Of a DNA stretch of 64,000 nt, positions 29,649 to 46,849 are shown piece by piece; within the stretch, counting starts at the first letter, position 1; each line of letters begins with the position of its first letter. The translations under genes were made by a program, and so were the position numbers. The stretch comes from the human T2T-CHM13v2.0 reference genome, Homo sapiens, in NCBI RefSeq assembly GCF_009914755.1, contig NC_060927.1; one strand, given 5' to 3'. The notes beneath the pieces were generated by a model. That model saw only the letters and a program-made list of their open reading frames with translations, ran no database searches and had not been told where the DNA came from.

Positions 29649-29867
29649 TCATACCCCAGTGGTGCCTGGAAAACCAGCAAGACAAAACTGTTCACTCTCC
29701 TGGAAAGGGGGCTGAAGCCAGGGAGCCAAGTGGTCTAGCTCAGCAGATCCCACCCCCATGGAGCCCAGCAAGCTAAGATCCCCTGGCTTGAAATTCTTGC
29801 TGCCAGCACAGCAGTCTGAAGTCGACCTGGGAGGCTCAAGCTTGGTAGGGGGAGGGGCATCCACCAT
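29649..29867 (-). CDS. ORF0-like antisense ORF in the L1 5' UTR (72 aa, MVDAPPPTKLEPPRSTSDCCAGSKN...)
   Basis: ATG at 29867 (-) in strong context gtaATGg, open to the stop at 29649; N-terminus resembles primate L1 ORF0 (MAGAPPPASLPPCSLISDCCASN); expression unknown. Confidence 0.4.
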   Translation of the reverse strand: MVDAPPPTKLEPPRSTSDCCAGSKNFKPGDLSLLGSMGVGSAELDHLAPWLQPPFQESEQFCLAGFPGTTGV

Positions 29868-30598
29868 TACCAAGGCTTGAGTAGGCAATTTTCCCCTCAC
29901 AGTGTAAACAAAGCCACCCAGAAGTTCAAACAGGGCAGAGCCCACCACACCTTGGCAAAGCCGCTGTAGCCAGACTGCCTGTCTAGATTCATCCTCCCTG
30001 GGCAGGGCATCTCTGAAAGAAAGGCAGCAGCCCCAGACAGGGGCTTATACCTAAAACTCCCGTTTCCCTGGGACAGAGCACCTGGGGGAAGGGGCAGCTG
30101 TGGGTGCAGCCTCAGCAGACTTAAATATTCCTGACTGCCAGCTCTGAAGAGAGCGGAGGATCTCCCAGCTCAGTGCTCGAGCTCTGCTAAGGGACAGACT
30201 GCCTCCTCAAGTGGGTCCCTGACCCCGGTGCCTCCTGACTGGGAGACACCTCCCAGCAGGTTGACACCTCCCACAAATGAGGTGTCAACAGGCACCTCAC
30301 ACTGGAGAGCTCCAGCTGGCATCTGGTGGGTGCCTCTCTGGGACAAAGCTTCCAAAGGAAGGAACAAGGAGCAATATTTGCTCTTCTGCAGCCTCCGCTT
30401 GCGTCCACTCCAGGCAAACAGGGTCTGGAGTGGACCTTCAGCAGATTACAGTAGACCTGCAGAAGAGGGGCCTGACTGTTAGAAGGAAAACTAACAAACA
30501 GAAAGGAATAGCATCAACATCAACAAAAAGGACATCCACACCAAAACCCCATCCGAAGGTCACCAATATCAAAACCAAAGGTAGATAAATCCATAAAG

Positions 30599-31631
30599 AT
30601 GAGGAAAAACCAGCTCAACAATTCTGAAAATTCCAAAAACCAGAACGTCTCTTCTCCTCCAAAGGATCACAACTCCTCACCAGCAAGGGAACAAAAGTGG
30701 ACAGAGAATGAGTTTGATGAATTGACAGAAGTAGGCTTCAGAAGGTGGGTAATAACAAACTCCTCCGAGCTAAAGGAGCACGTTCTAACCCAATACAAGG
30801 AAGCTAAGAACCTTGAAAAAAGGTTAGAGGAATTGCTAACTAGAATAACCAGTTTAGAGAAGAACACAAACACAAGTTTAGAGAAGATGGAGCTGAAAAA
30901 CAGCACAAGAACTTCATGAAGCATACACAAATATCAATAGCCGAATCGATTAAGCAGAAGAAAGGATATCAGAGATTGAAGATCAACTTGATGAAATAAA
31001 GTATGAAGACAAGACTAGAGAAAAAAGAATGAAAAGGAAAGAACAAAGCCTCCAAGAAATATGGGATTATGTGAAAAGACCAATCCTACATTTGATTGGT
31101 GTACCTGAAAGTGACAGGGAGAATGGAACCAAGTTGGAAAACATTCTTCAGGATATTATCCAGGAGAACTTCCCCAACCTAGCAAGGCAGGCCAACATTC
31201 AAACTCAGGAAATACAGAGAACACCACAAAGATACTCCTTGAGAAGAGCAACCCCAAGACACGTAATTGTCAGATTCACCAAGGTTAAAATGAAGGAGAA
31301 AATGTTAAGGGCAGCCAGAGAGAAAGGTTGGGTTACCGACAAAGAGAAGCCCATCAAACTAACAGCAGATCTCTCTGCAGAAACCCTGCAAGCCAGAATA
31401 GAGTGGGGGCCAATATTCAACACTCTTACAGAAAAGAATTTTCAACCCAGAATTTCATATCCTGCCAAACTAAGCTTCATAAGCAAAGGAGAAATCAATT
31501 AGTTTACAGACAAGCAAATGCTGAAAGATTTTGTCACCATCAGGCCTGCCTTACAAGAATTCCCGAAGGATGCACTAAATATGGAGAGGAAAAACTAGTA
31601 CCAGCCACTGCAAAAACATACCAAATTGTAA
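30599..31631 (+). pseudogene. L1 ORF1p (RNA-binding/chaperone), disrupted
   Basis: ORF pieces MRKNQ..., 'SLQEIWDYVKRP', 'FQPRISYPAKLSF'; stops and frameshifts. Confidence 0.95.
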
Positions 31632-31694
31632 AGACCATTGACACTATAAAGAAACTGCATCAACTGACAGTCAAAATAACCAGCTAGCATCATA

Positions 31695-35501
<3,807 letters not shown>

Positions 35502-36824
35502 ATAATGAGAACACGTTGACACAGGGAGAGAACATCACACACCAGGGCCTGTGGCGGGGTGGGAGTTAGGGGAGGGATAGCCTTAGGAGAAATACCTAAT
35601 GTAGGTGACAGGTTGATGGGTACAGCAAACCACCATGGCACACATATACCTATGTAACAAACATGCACATTCTGCAAATGTATCCCAGAACTTAGAGTAT
35701 AGAAAAATAGAAAAAAATCAGATAAGGAGCATAACAAATATTTTAATTTATTTCCTTAAGACATGTCATGTAATTACAAGATAATGGGTTGTCTAGTTTT
35801 ACAAATACAGGGCAAGTCATTCAAAAGGTCACTTTTTTGATTGACCTCTTCTCACATCTATCACTAATTTTTTTTAAAAGTTAATTTACATTGAGCTTTC
35901 CCTCCAGAATAATTATTTTTCTGTATCTATTGTCTATATCTTTCTTAGGCCTTCTAGAAATAGGAAGACTTTGCATATGATTTTGTTTATATGCCCATTT
36001 ATATGAAAAAATAATAATGTCACTGTGAATCTGCACAATGCAGAGAAAAGGCCTTGGATTAAATACTATTTTTACCACTGAACTATTGCATGACCACGAG
36101 CAAATTATTTAACTTTTCTGAGAATCAACTCCTCAATGGTAAAACTGAAGAAGGAAAGACAATATTATATGTAAAACTTCTGGCATAAAATAAGAATCCA
36201 ATGATATTGGTTCTCTTTAAAAATGGAATAATTTTCTATATGTTCATTTGGTTATAAGAGGAAACAGAAATAATGTGCTTTGAGTTCAATATAATCTATG
36301 TCTTAGGACTTCAAGTGAACAGTCTTAAAGTATACATTATTTACTTGATGGATGAAATGGCTACCTAGATTTGTTAATACGTATTAAGATGCATGTTTCA
36401 GAAATAAAAAAGTTACTATAAAAATTGCTAATATACTTATAGGATATTTGGCTGTTTAAAGTATGATCTATTTGTTATTTGCATTCCACAAAGTAAGATG
36501 AGCAATTACATCAGATTATACTAATCATTGGTTAAATCTTATTTTCTTATTTAAATCAAAATTAAGTTATACAAATATAAAAAGGGAACCTAATAATGGC
36601 AAGTTTCCGTCTCTTTTTGGCTGGGATTCATCAAAAACCTTTAATTCAGTAGTTGGAGGTGATATTCTGTAATTGTAAATAGTTAAGAACTTTGAGCTAT
36701 TTATTTCAAATTTGACTGAGTTACAAAATATAAAAACAATAACTGTTTCTCATTGACTGGATCTTTTACAATGATGTCCTCAAGAAGATAGAATTTAAAA
36801 GCAGAATAAAAATTTCCTTTTCAC

Positions 36825-36990
36825 AGCTAAAATCTACTAGCTGTGTAATCCTGGCAAGTTACTTAACTTTTCTGAGGCTCCGAAATTTTTATTTCTAAAA
36901 GTGGGAATAATACCTTACGCTCTTCACAGAGATGTTTTGAAGAAGAAAGGAGATAATGCACATAAATGTACTCAGAAATGCTAAGGTCAG
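36825..36990 (+). mobile_element. MIR SINE
   Basis: 'tactagctgtgtaatcctggcaagttacttaacttttctgaggctc'. Confidence 0.75.
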
Positions 36991-37662
36991 AAAAGAAGGA
37001 AACGGCCAGAGTTAATGGTTCCTTTCTTTGACTTCCAATAGCAAGCTGTTCACTGCACTCCATAGTGTTATAATTACCTGTTCTCATGGCCTGAAAGTGA
37101 TGCAGTAGCAGGTGGAAGAATTAACCGGAGGTCTGTGAAACTCCACACTAAGCTATCTTCCCTGGTTAGGAAAACTTAGGTTGAAATCATTTATTTAACC
37201 AGAAATGGTGTTATTTTTGTCATGTTTTGTAATGTCTAACTTCTCCAAGGGCACTGGCAAAGGAGATGTACAGAAGACAAAAGGCAGCTAGCCAAGGGGT
37301 TGTCCTAGCTGGCAGGGCTAACACGTCTGCTTTAAAAAGATGATGAAACGGATAGCTCATGCATCTGGGTATGGCTTTTATATCCCAGCCAACACACAAG
37401 TTTAGTGCCTCCAAAGCAGCTTGCTGCTCACCTTACAAAACCCTGAACGAGAATGAGAAACTGGTCCAAGGTTGGTGTATTAGAGGATTCTTACATGTAC
37501 AGACTAAGATAAATTAGTGAGGCTTAGTGGGAGACAGTGCTGGGTACTTTGCCACAGGCAATAGTTGTTCTGACTTCATAGGAGAGATCCTGCCCAGTCT
37601 CCCGCAGGTGCTGTCTCCCTCCCTCCCTCCCTCCCTCTCCAAAAGAAAAAGTTTGTATGAAA

Positions 37663-37911
37663 TAGTACTTACCTCACAGAGCTGTTGTGAAAAGTAATGA
37701 CTGAATAGGTAAAAGCACCTAGAACAGTGCCTGGCACATGCTAAGTGCTTTGTTCATTATTGTTGTTATTATGTTATTTTCTCTCAGACTGAGAGCACTG
37801 TTAGTGACCCAAGTAAATTTATAGTTTTTAAGTTCAGAGGAAAAATAAAGCCTATTTTTTGTTAACAGTCTTAATAAATAATAAAATGGAATAAAGAAAC
37901 CAAAAAAAAAA
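37663..37911 (+). pseudogene. Retrotransposed, 5'-truncated copy of a polyadenylated RNA 3' end (processed-pseudogene 3' UTR fragment or orphan L1 transduction); includes a MIR 3' half at ~37663-37770
   Basis: Flanking direct repeat aaaagaaaaagtttgtatgaaa (37641-37662 and 37908-37929), AATAAA at 37873, 37880 and 37890, A10 tail at 37902-37911. Confidence 0.8.
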
Positions 37912-39686
37912 GAAAAAGTTTGTATGAAAATTCATCCCTATTTCTTTATTTTGGACTAAGTAGTCAAATTTCTACTATATTAATATTATGTAAGCGACAC
38001 CCATTTAAATTCACTCTCTTGATAGAAAGGTGAGTTGATTATCACACCTGCTATTTTTTCACTGCCAAAAGATTGCAATAACCTCCCTCCATCACCCTCA
38101 AAAAACAAACAGAAACCATCTGAGGCATAGCCATTGTTTACATATTGTGTTTGTGTGCACCTATCTACAATGTTCTTTCTTCTAAGGAGTTTATCTGCCA
38201 ATATTTTTGGCTTCAGCAGCAGCGCTCTTCTTGACAGACTAAGAGAAGGATCTACAGAAAAGTCATCTGATTAAGGTTTTGGGTCAAATTAAAACTCTCT
38301 GGACAGAATCCTCTTTCCTTCACTTGGATTTCTGCAAACAGAAAGCAGATTATTCTCCTGGCAAATAGCGACTCTAGAAACGCTTATGTTTTTCAGACTT
38401 TGGCAGAACTTGTTAAGAACAGCATCATCATAATACATTTGTACAAACTCGAATTTCAGTGGCTCTTTTGTCCCACATGATGCATGATGAAATTTATAAA
38501 GGTCTGTTTTACCCCCACAGGGTCATTTCTTTTGTGTTCCTACAGAGCCAATAGGCTTCATTTAAGTCCAAGTTATTATATTAACCATCCCTTTCACTAG
38601 ACTAGAGAACTTCTTTTTCATGGTCCATATCGTGGCCACAATGCATCAAAGGTAGGATCATTGTTTTCCACTTACTTTTGCTACTAGACCCCCAAATTCT
38701 AATAAAAGAAATTTTTAGGGTTGGGAAGGGGAGAGAGACAGGGCTGGAAACAGATTCCATGATCAGCAATCTTATCTGGGTATTTGAATATACCAAGCCT
38801 GGGATACTTCCTGTAACACTGTGTTCAGGGTTCAGTCTGACTTGCTTTTCTTCCAGATGTACGGTGGGCTGACTTGGGCTTGATCCAGAGACTTAGGCAT
38901 CTGATAAAAGCTGCCTGAGTAGTTTTGCATTTTTATTAACAAAGCAATATAATGCTAGTTTTCTAGGGCACAGTAGTCTCACTTACAACATGTATAAACT
39001 GTTTTATTAGAGATTATAGCACTATTGGGAGAGAAAATAAAAGTGATCATTTATATGATAATGTGAGCTGATAATTTAGGAGTGATTCATTCTCATTAAT
39101 GTTCGCACACTGCCATGTAAGTTTATTAGTTAGTGTGTGTGGTACAACAGAAGGTAAGGCCTTTGATAAAACAATCTTTAATTGAGTATTTTTTCTGTAT
39201 GGTAAAGTGGTATAGAAAACTTAGTAAGATTGTAAGGTGCAGAAACAGCCACTGCTCCCCTCTTGCTGTTTCTCTACCCTGTCTCTTGCTCTTTGCCTCG
39301 TTTACATAGGCTGGGGCAACTGGGATAAGCCCATGGATGTGTCAAGAGGGGATTTTGTGGAGGGAATTCAAGTTTAGGATGGAGGATTTGACTAGATGAA
39401 TTCTAAGATTCCTTCCATCTTTGACTTTCCCTTGACCTAAGCAGGAGGTGGAAATAATTTCCAGCTGCAAACACCAGCAGAGAGCCAAATTAAAAAGAAG
39501 TTTTGTGATATGCCACTGGACAGGAAAAAAAAAGAAACAAGTAATTGTGGTAACAAATCAAGCACGTCAGGAAGTCTAAAGATGAGCTCTTTTAGTCAGC
39601 ATTATATTTTAGCATAAAATAAATCTTGTGCCTTTAAAATTTACTTTTTGAAAACAGCCTGTCATAATTTTTTTTCAGAAGAATAG

Positions 39687-40039
<353 letters not shown>

Positions 40040-40620
40040 CAAAATGCCAATCTTTTCTCTTGTGGTTTCTCGGTTTGATGTCAAGATTATAAAACTATTC
40101 TCTTATACTTTTTGTAGTACAATATTGTTTTTTATGTTTAGATTTTTTAATCCACCTGGACTAAAATGTGGATTAAAACCACCTTTTGGATACCAAAAAG
40201 GAATATACTTTTATTTTTCTCCAAATATATGTAATAAAATAGTCTCTTCTTCCTTTACTGATTCAAAATGGCACATTTATGGTGTGAACATAGTAATTGG
40301 TGAAGAGGACATGGTTTGAACTCTATTCTGCTCTCTGGGTGGTCTATTTATCTATTCCTCTTTTGTTATTAAATGGCTCCTAACTTCTTCAGCTTTTATA
40401 CTACATTTTCCAATCTACTAGGAAAAATCTTTTTAAGATATCTTCATTTATTCATTTTTACTAGATAATCCCTAATAAATTTTCCAGCAGAAATGGATTA
40501 TCCCAGGCTGACCTAAGGCCTGGGAAGTGTTGGGAAACAGAGGGTGGAAGAAGGACCCCTAGAGTCCAAGGACCTTTGTCCCCCAATAAACAGAACTCAG
40601 GAGATTATCTTTTCCAGTAA

Positions 40621-40929
<309 letters not shown>

Positions 40930-40940
40930 GTAATCTTTTT

Positions 40941-41290
40941 TTTTTTTTTATACGTTAAGTTTTAGGGCACATGTGCACAACGTGCAGGTTTGTTACATAT
41001 GTATACATGTACCATGTTGGTGTGCTGCACCCATTAACTCATCATTTAACATTAGGTATATCTCCTAATGCTATCCCTCCCCACCTCCCCCCACCCCACA
41101 ACAGGCCCCGGTGTGTGATGTTCCCCTTCCTGTGTCCATGTGTTCTCACTGTTCAATTCCCACCTATGAGTGAGAACATGCGGTGTTTGGTTTTCTGTCC
41201 TTGCGACAGTCTGCTAAGAATGATGGTTTCCGGCTTCATCCATGTCCCTACAAAGGACATGAACTCATCATTTTTTATGGCTGCATAGTA
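40941..41290 (-). mobile_element. 5'-truncated younger L1PA (about L1PA3-5) 3' end
   Basis: 'ttttagggcacatgtgcacaacgtgcagg...cattaggtatatctcctaatgc'; TSD agtaatcttttt at 40929-40940 and 41287-41298. Confidence 0.95.
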
Positions 41291-41949
41291 ATCTTTTTAT
41301 CAGAGGCTCTTTCTGACCTACTAAGAGATGGCAGGTAACAGAGCACCTGTACAACATCAGGCACCTTGTCAAGGACTTCATTAACCAGATGGACCCTGCC
41401 TTTAAGAAGCTCATAGTCTATCAGAGAGAGGTCCCATGCAAAAAAAAGGCCTCATTCCAATCAGAGGTTAAAAGCTCTGTCACCATTACCTGAGGTGGAA
41501 GCAAAAGAGTCCTATTAGTGTATAATTCATTCAACTAGTGGGAGATTAACAATTTTCAGGGAACTTTAAGCAGGGAGATGGTAGAAAGTAATTAAAACTC
41601 TGCCTTAAGAGAGTGTTAGCAAGCCTCAAATGAAATCTTCTTCATTTACTTCTCACCTGTGTCGTGTCTATATATTCCTCTACAGAAGCAAGTTTCTCAT
41701 TGTAGAAAGGTGATCTCTGTTGATATAATGCTACTTATCAAATGTTTCTCATGTACCAGACACACACATACATGCATATATGTGTGTGGGTATATATATA
41801 ATTTTTAATTTAATTTTTATCTATATTCATAATATCATATGTATATATGAGTGGATATCACATATTGTATATAAACATGTATACATATACGTGTATTCCT
41901 GACAGCCACTCTGGGAGGTAGCTATTACGACTTCCGTTTGAAGACACTG

Positions 41950-42140
41950 AACCCAGCTACCCAGCATCATTACACCACTTACAAAACCTTGGGCAATTAC
42001 CACAGTACTCTAAGCCTCAGGCTCCTCATGAAGAAAATAAGAGGGGCCATTCAAAGGACTATTGTAAGTAATTTATGAGATAATGGATATGAAACAAGGA
42101 GCAAGGACCTGTCGCAGAGAAAGTGCTCAACAGCTAATGA
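41950..42140 (+). mobile_element. MIR SINE (apparently nested in an antisense MIR)
   Basis: 'ccttgggcaattac...agcctcaggctcctcatg...aagtgctcaa'. Confidence 0.6.
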
Positions 42141-42659
42141 CTGTTCAGGTCACACAGCTATTAAGTGGTTTAACAGAGCCTATGTGAATGAACTGATTCC
42201 CTTCAGGCTTAACTCAAACACTAAATACTTAGTAGGGTTGCTTTTTTAAACCATCTTCTATGGCCTTAAAAAAGACTCTTCACTAAATAGAAGGGCAGGT
42301 TTATCTAAATAGAAAATTACCTAAAACATACAATCCTTATCAAATAAATGTAATGGGTTTTTACCCCAGCGTTCTAACAGCTCAGCTTCCCCCTTCCAAG
42401 CCCTCCAATTAGAAAACACAAGGCTTGCAGAGCCCAAATTTCTGGCAGAAACACTAGGTGCATTGTAAAATCACTGAATTTTGTTAGCACGTTTGGTTCT
42501 GCCTGAGCTCACGTGCAAATACCACAGCCTGTGCTAATTCAATGAGATCTGTCTCCACACCCCACTTCCTAATTCCCAATTATGGTGTCTCAGAAATAAC
42601 CAGCAGATCACAGGGACTCACACCATGGTTTTGGTTTTTTCCTTGGGGGGAGGGGGAGG

Positions 42660-42905
42660 TTGTGTTTTTTTTGTTGTTGTTTGTTTGTTTTTGAGATAAG
42701 GTCTTGATCTTTCACCCAAGCTATAATGCAGTAGTGCAATCATAGCCCACTGTACCCTCGAACTCCTGGGCTGAAGCAATCCTCCAGCCTCAGCCTCCCA
42801 AGTAGCTAGGACTACAAGTGTGTGCCACCACACCTGACAAATTTTAAAATATTTTTGTAGAAACCAGGCCCTTGCTGTGTTGCCTACGCTGGTCTCAAAC
42901 TCCTT
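42660..42905 (-). mobile_element. Alu (AluJ-like), 5'-truncated
   Basis: (TTG/TTTG) tail, 'aactcctgggctgaagcaatcctcc'; left arm incomplete. Confidence 0.92.
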
Positions 42906-43737
42906 GACAATAGATTTACTTCAGCCTGATCCCATCCAGGGTTCCCTCACATTTGAAAAGAGATTGTGTGAGGCCATTTGGAAGGGTAGTGACCTGTCCT
43001 AGACAAAGTTTTAAAACTTTGGACGCAGAGTAATTAACCATTCAATAAATACTTGTGGGTTAATTCACTGAAGTGGCAAGACCAGGTAAAAGTGAGATCT
43101 CAAAACTCTCTTTTGCAATCCCCTAAAGAAAGTCGTAACATTTTAAATTGTTCACCCTGAGCTGGGAATTTTCTTTTAACATCCTACTGTGTAAGACGAA
43201 ATCAAGTCAGATCTATATCCATAACAATACACTTAAAATTACTGGCCCAGAAGTATGACAGTGAGAGGTAAGGTTTGGTATGAGACTAAAATGTTATTCC
43301 ATTGAGATTTGGGAAGGTTTAACCAGAAAAATTGCATCTAACCATTTTTATTCATCTTCTTCCTCTTATCCTCCTTCCTTCTCTCTCTTATTTAGTGCTG
43401 GAAGGTCATAGTGACAAATATTCATTGAGAAAAAAGGAGGGAGAACGGGTTTTTGCAAAAAGATTGGGTAGAACAATTTTATCTGTACATTTTTTATCCA
43501 TTTTTCTCCCCTTCATATACACACTATTCCTCTCAAAAATTGAACCTCATCTTAGTTGACATTGGATTTAGAGAAAAAAAAAGAGAGCCTTTCAACATTT
43601 TCAAATTTCAAAAATTTTTACTTTTTGTTTTGTATTTATGACTTTAGTTTCTGTCATAATGTAACATATAACATAATTGCATTAACTTTTTTAAAAAATT
43701 AAGGGAAAAAATCACTCATTGTCCTACCACTTGGAAA

Positions 43738-44010
43738 TAATAATAGCTGACATTTATTGGGCACTTTGTATATTCCAGATACTTCTCCAAGAGCTGTATG
43801 CATTATCTTGTTTAATCCTCATCAATGCTACAAAGTAGGCACTACTAGTATCTCTTATCTGTGGTTGAAATTAATGCACAGAACAGTTAAGTAACTTGCC
43901 TTGAGCCATACAGCTTGTAGTTGGAGAAAACACTATTCAAACTAAGAGTACATCATGACTGGTCATGACTGAGTGTATCATGCCAGTGCCCAGGCCCTCC
44001 ACAACTCTAC
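43738..44010 (-). mobile_element. MIR SINE
   Basis: 'aataatagctgacatttattgggcac...gttaagtaacttgccttgagccatacagc'. Confidence 0.8.
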
Positions 44011-45924
44011 TTTTATATAATACTTTAATCACTTTTTAAGGTAGAGTTAGGATCCCACTGCAATTACAATTTTGGTGCAGGACTGGTAAATTCTTTTTCC
44101 CCCAAACATTTCCTCCTATTTGAATGAAAGAGAAAGCAAGTCTACTAATTTCATTTCAATGTTTTTTATTATGTTGCATGATCCATGATCCACTAAAAAA
44201 CAAAGCCCAGATTAGTGACTGAAAGCAAGTTACTTCAGAATTTGGCCCAGGAAACTTGTAAAACAAAATGGTGTAATCTGCAACGGAGAGGAAGCTAATA
44301 TTTCATAAGCCACATTTTGGTAGGTCTTTATTTAAAGTAATTCTCACCCTCTCATAGTTAGTCCATAGATCTGAGGACTCCAATGGAAAAAAAACCTCAA
44401 ACATCCCTGTACATAATCAATACTCAATGGTTAAGATTAATAAATACTCATTAGAGGAATCAGCATATACGTGAGTCTGCCAAAAGAAAGAGCTGACTGT
44501 TTCACATTCCTTGTCTTTCTTTGCACAGATCACTAGGTTTTCATCGCTTTTCCCTTCTTCGGGGCTCATTCTGTCTTTTTCTAGAACCAAGTGCTCTACA
44601 CAGTAAGATTCAAAACATGCATAAACGAGGAACTCATGGTTTCCATTTTCTTAAAAACTTCTCTCCTGCTTGTCCCCAAGCCTTCTCAGGAGGAGGGAGC
44701 ACTCCCCGTCTCTCATTGCTTTAAATCAATCTTCCCCAAAGAAACCCACATTGAAGAAGGGGGTACTCAGCCAGACTGTCACATGACTATAAAGAGGCTA
44801 TAGATGCCATTGGGACCTCCATTGCTGATGGTGTGTTTTTATAATCTGGCATCTGTATCAAGGAGTGAGAGGCAGCTTGGCCTTCAGAGAATAAGCGCTG
44901 GTCCCTAGGCTCCTAAGTTTAACTTGAAGACTCCAGCCCTTCTTGCTATAGTCAAATCCCTTAACGTCTTTGGTCATAGTGCTTTCCTGTGAACCCCTGG
45001 GATTCTGATGTAGAATATCAGGTCGGTCAGTCCACAGGTTGAAAAGATCAGGCCCAGCTTTTCCCTACTCCCCTGGCTTCATTGAGAGCAGCTCTGCCTT
45101 TATTTTTTTTTAGGGTTCTATATAAAACTTTGTTTGAAAACAGTATTCTGCCACCAATGTTTTTTCTTTTTGGTGAAAATTACTGAATAAGATGATTCCT
45201 AGTGTCGGTTTTAGCCCAATGTGAATTTTTATAATAACCCAGTTCAAGTTTGTATCTTTCTATGGGAGGGCAAAAGAGTACTTTCCCTTCATGTCTGTAG
45301 CATATATTGCTTTCCATAGGATTTTCTTCTTTGCTATTACTGGCAATATTTATGGATGGTCTGATCTGATTATCTTAATCACACTAGCAGTTGTAAATCA
45401 TGTTCAGGCTACATAATGTGTGATCTCTCACCCTTAGCCCTCAAACAAAGCATTCCTGAAAGGCATAGTTTGACTGCGTTATTTCAGACTATGGGAATGT
45501 AAGAGTGCAGGTGGAACGCGAAGGTAATACAGATGAGCTTCTGCCTCCCACAAGAGAGCAACCACATCTGTTTTCCTAAGCCAGAGGTCCATTGAGGACA
45601 AAGACATCATTTAATACTTATGGTTATCTCACACTCTCTTAAGGAATGATGCGTATGTGTAATGCATAAAAATCAGGAGGGCTTGATACACAAATGGCTG
45701 AAAAGGGATAATTGTATTTGCAATTATTATGCTATGTTGGACAGCCACAAAGGCTCTATGACAGCCTATGTGTGCTATGTGTGTTTTCCATAAAAAGAGA
45801 TGTTGATAGAGAAGTAGTATCTGTTAACCTGTAATCTGGGTTATACTATTGTCTTTTTAAAGTTCTGGTAGGTCTATACGTTTTGGTAAACTCCTGGTTT
45901 GCGCCTGCTTATTTTGTTTTACGA

Positions 45925-46080
45925 GAGTCATTCTTAAAGTATGGCACATAGACCATCTACGTTAGCATCACTGCAGTGAGGTATTTTTTTAAAGTGAAGG
46001 TTTCTATGGAATCAGAATTTCTGTGAGAAGGGCCCAGTTTGTTAGCATACTCTCTGGAGCTTCTAATGCACACTGAAGTC
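45925..46080. mobile_element. MER5-like hAT fragment
   Basis: 'ttcttaaagtatgg...gaatcagaatttctg...ttctaatgcacactgaagt'. Confidence 0.55.
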
Positions 46081-46849
46081 GTTTTCTTTTTTCGTGTGAC
46101 TCTTTTGCTTTAACGTGGTCCCAGAAAACACCATTTAATATTCCAAATGTTTTGGCCACTAAAGGTATAAAGTTTGACAAGTTCTTTTACCCCTCAATTT
46201 CTTTTTTTAAAAAATAAAGTACGAGCAGAGGGAAGGGGGCTCTAGTGTTGGGGAGTGGGGTGTTGTAGATAATCTCTATGGGTCCTGCCAACTAACATGC
46301 CATTCTCGAGTTTTAAGTTAACTTAAGCTTGGAGGCCAGAGCAGTTTATTACCTAGGTACTTTTAGAGCTATTATCAATTATATGGCACATATTCAACCT
46401 GGATTAACAGAAACTTTTAAAATATTTATGTATATATTTATGACGTGTAAAATGGAAAATGATACCAGAAATGAAGTACCAGAAATGAAATAAGTGTCTA
46501 ATAAAATAAGCAAACCAGTAAGAAGTCATATATCACCTGACTCAGTTCCTTCTACAGGGACTAATCAAATGAAATGCATCTTGAAATCCACAATTAAACA
46601 TGCCAAAGAGTCTAGCCAGAGAATACTGCATCAAAAGACATGATTTGACTTTTATGAGTCCACTTTTTCATTGGATAAGTTAAATTTTGTAAACTGATTT
46701 CAAAGTGGTTTTGGAGTCCTTGAGCTGAATTCTCCCCACTACAATCTACTCTGAAAACTAACTGGTGACAAAGTTTTATTCTATTGATTTTGACCGATGC
46801 TTATTTTGTTGACCAATAGTTATTTAATGTCCATAATATGGCATGTTCC

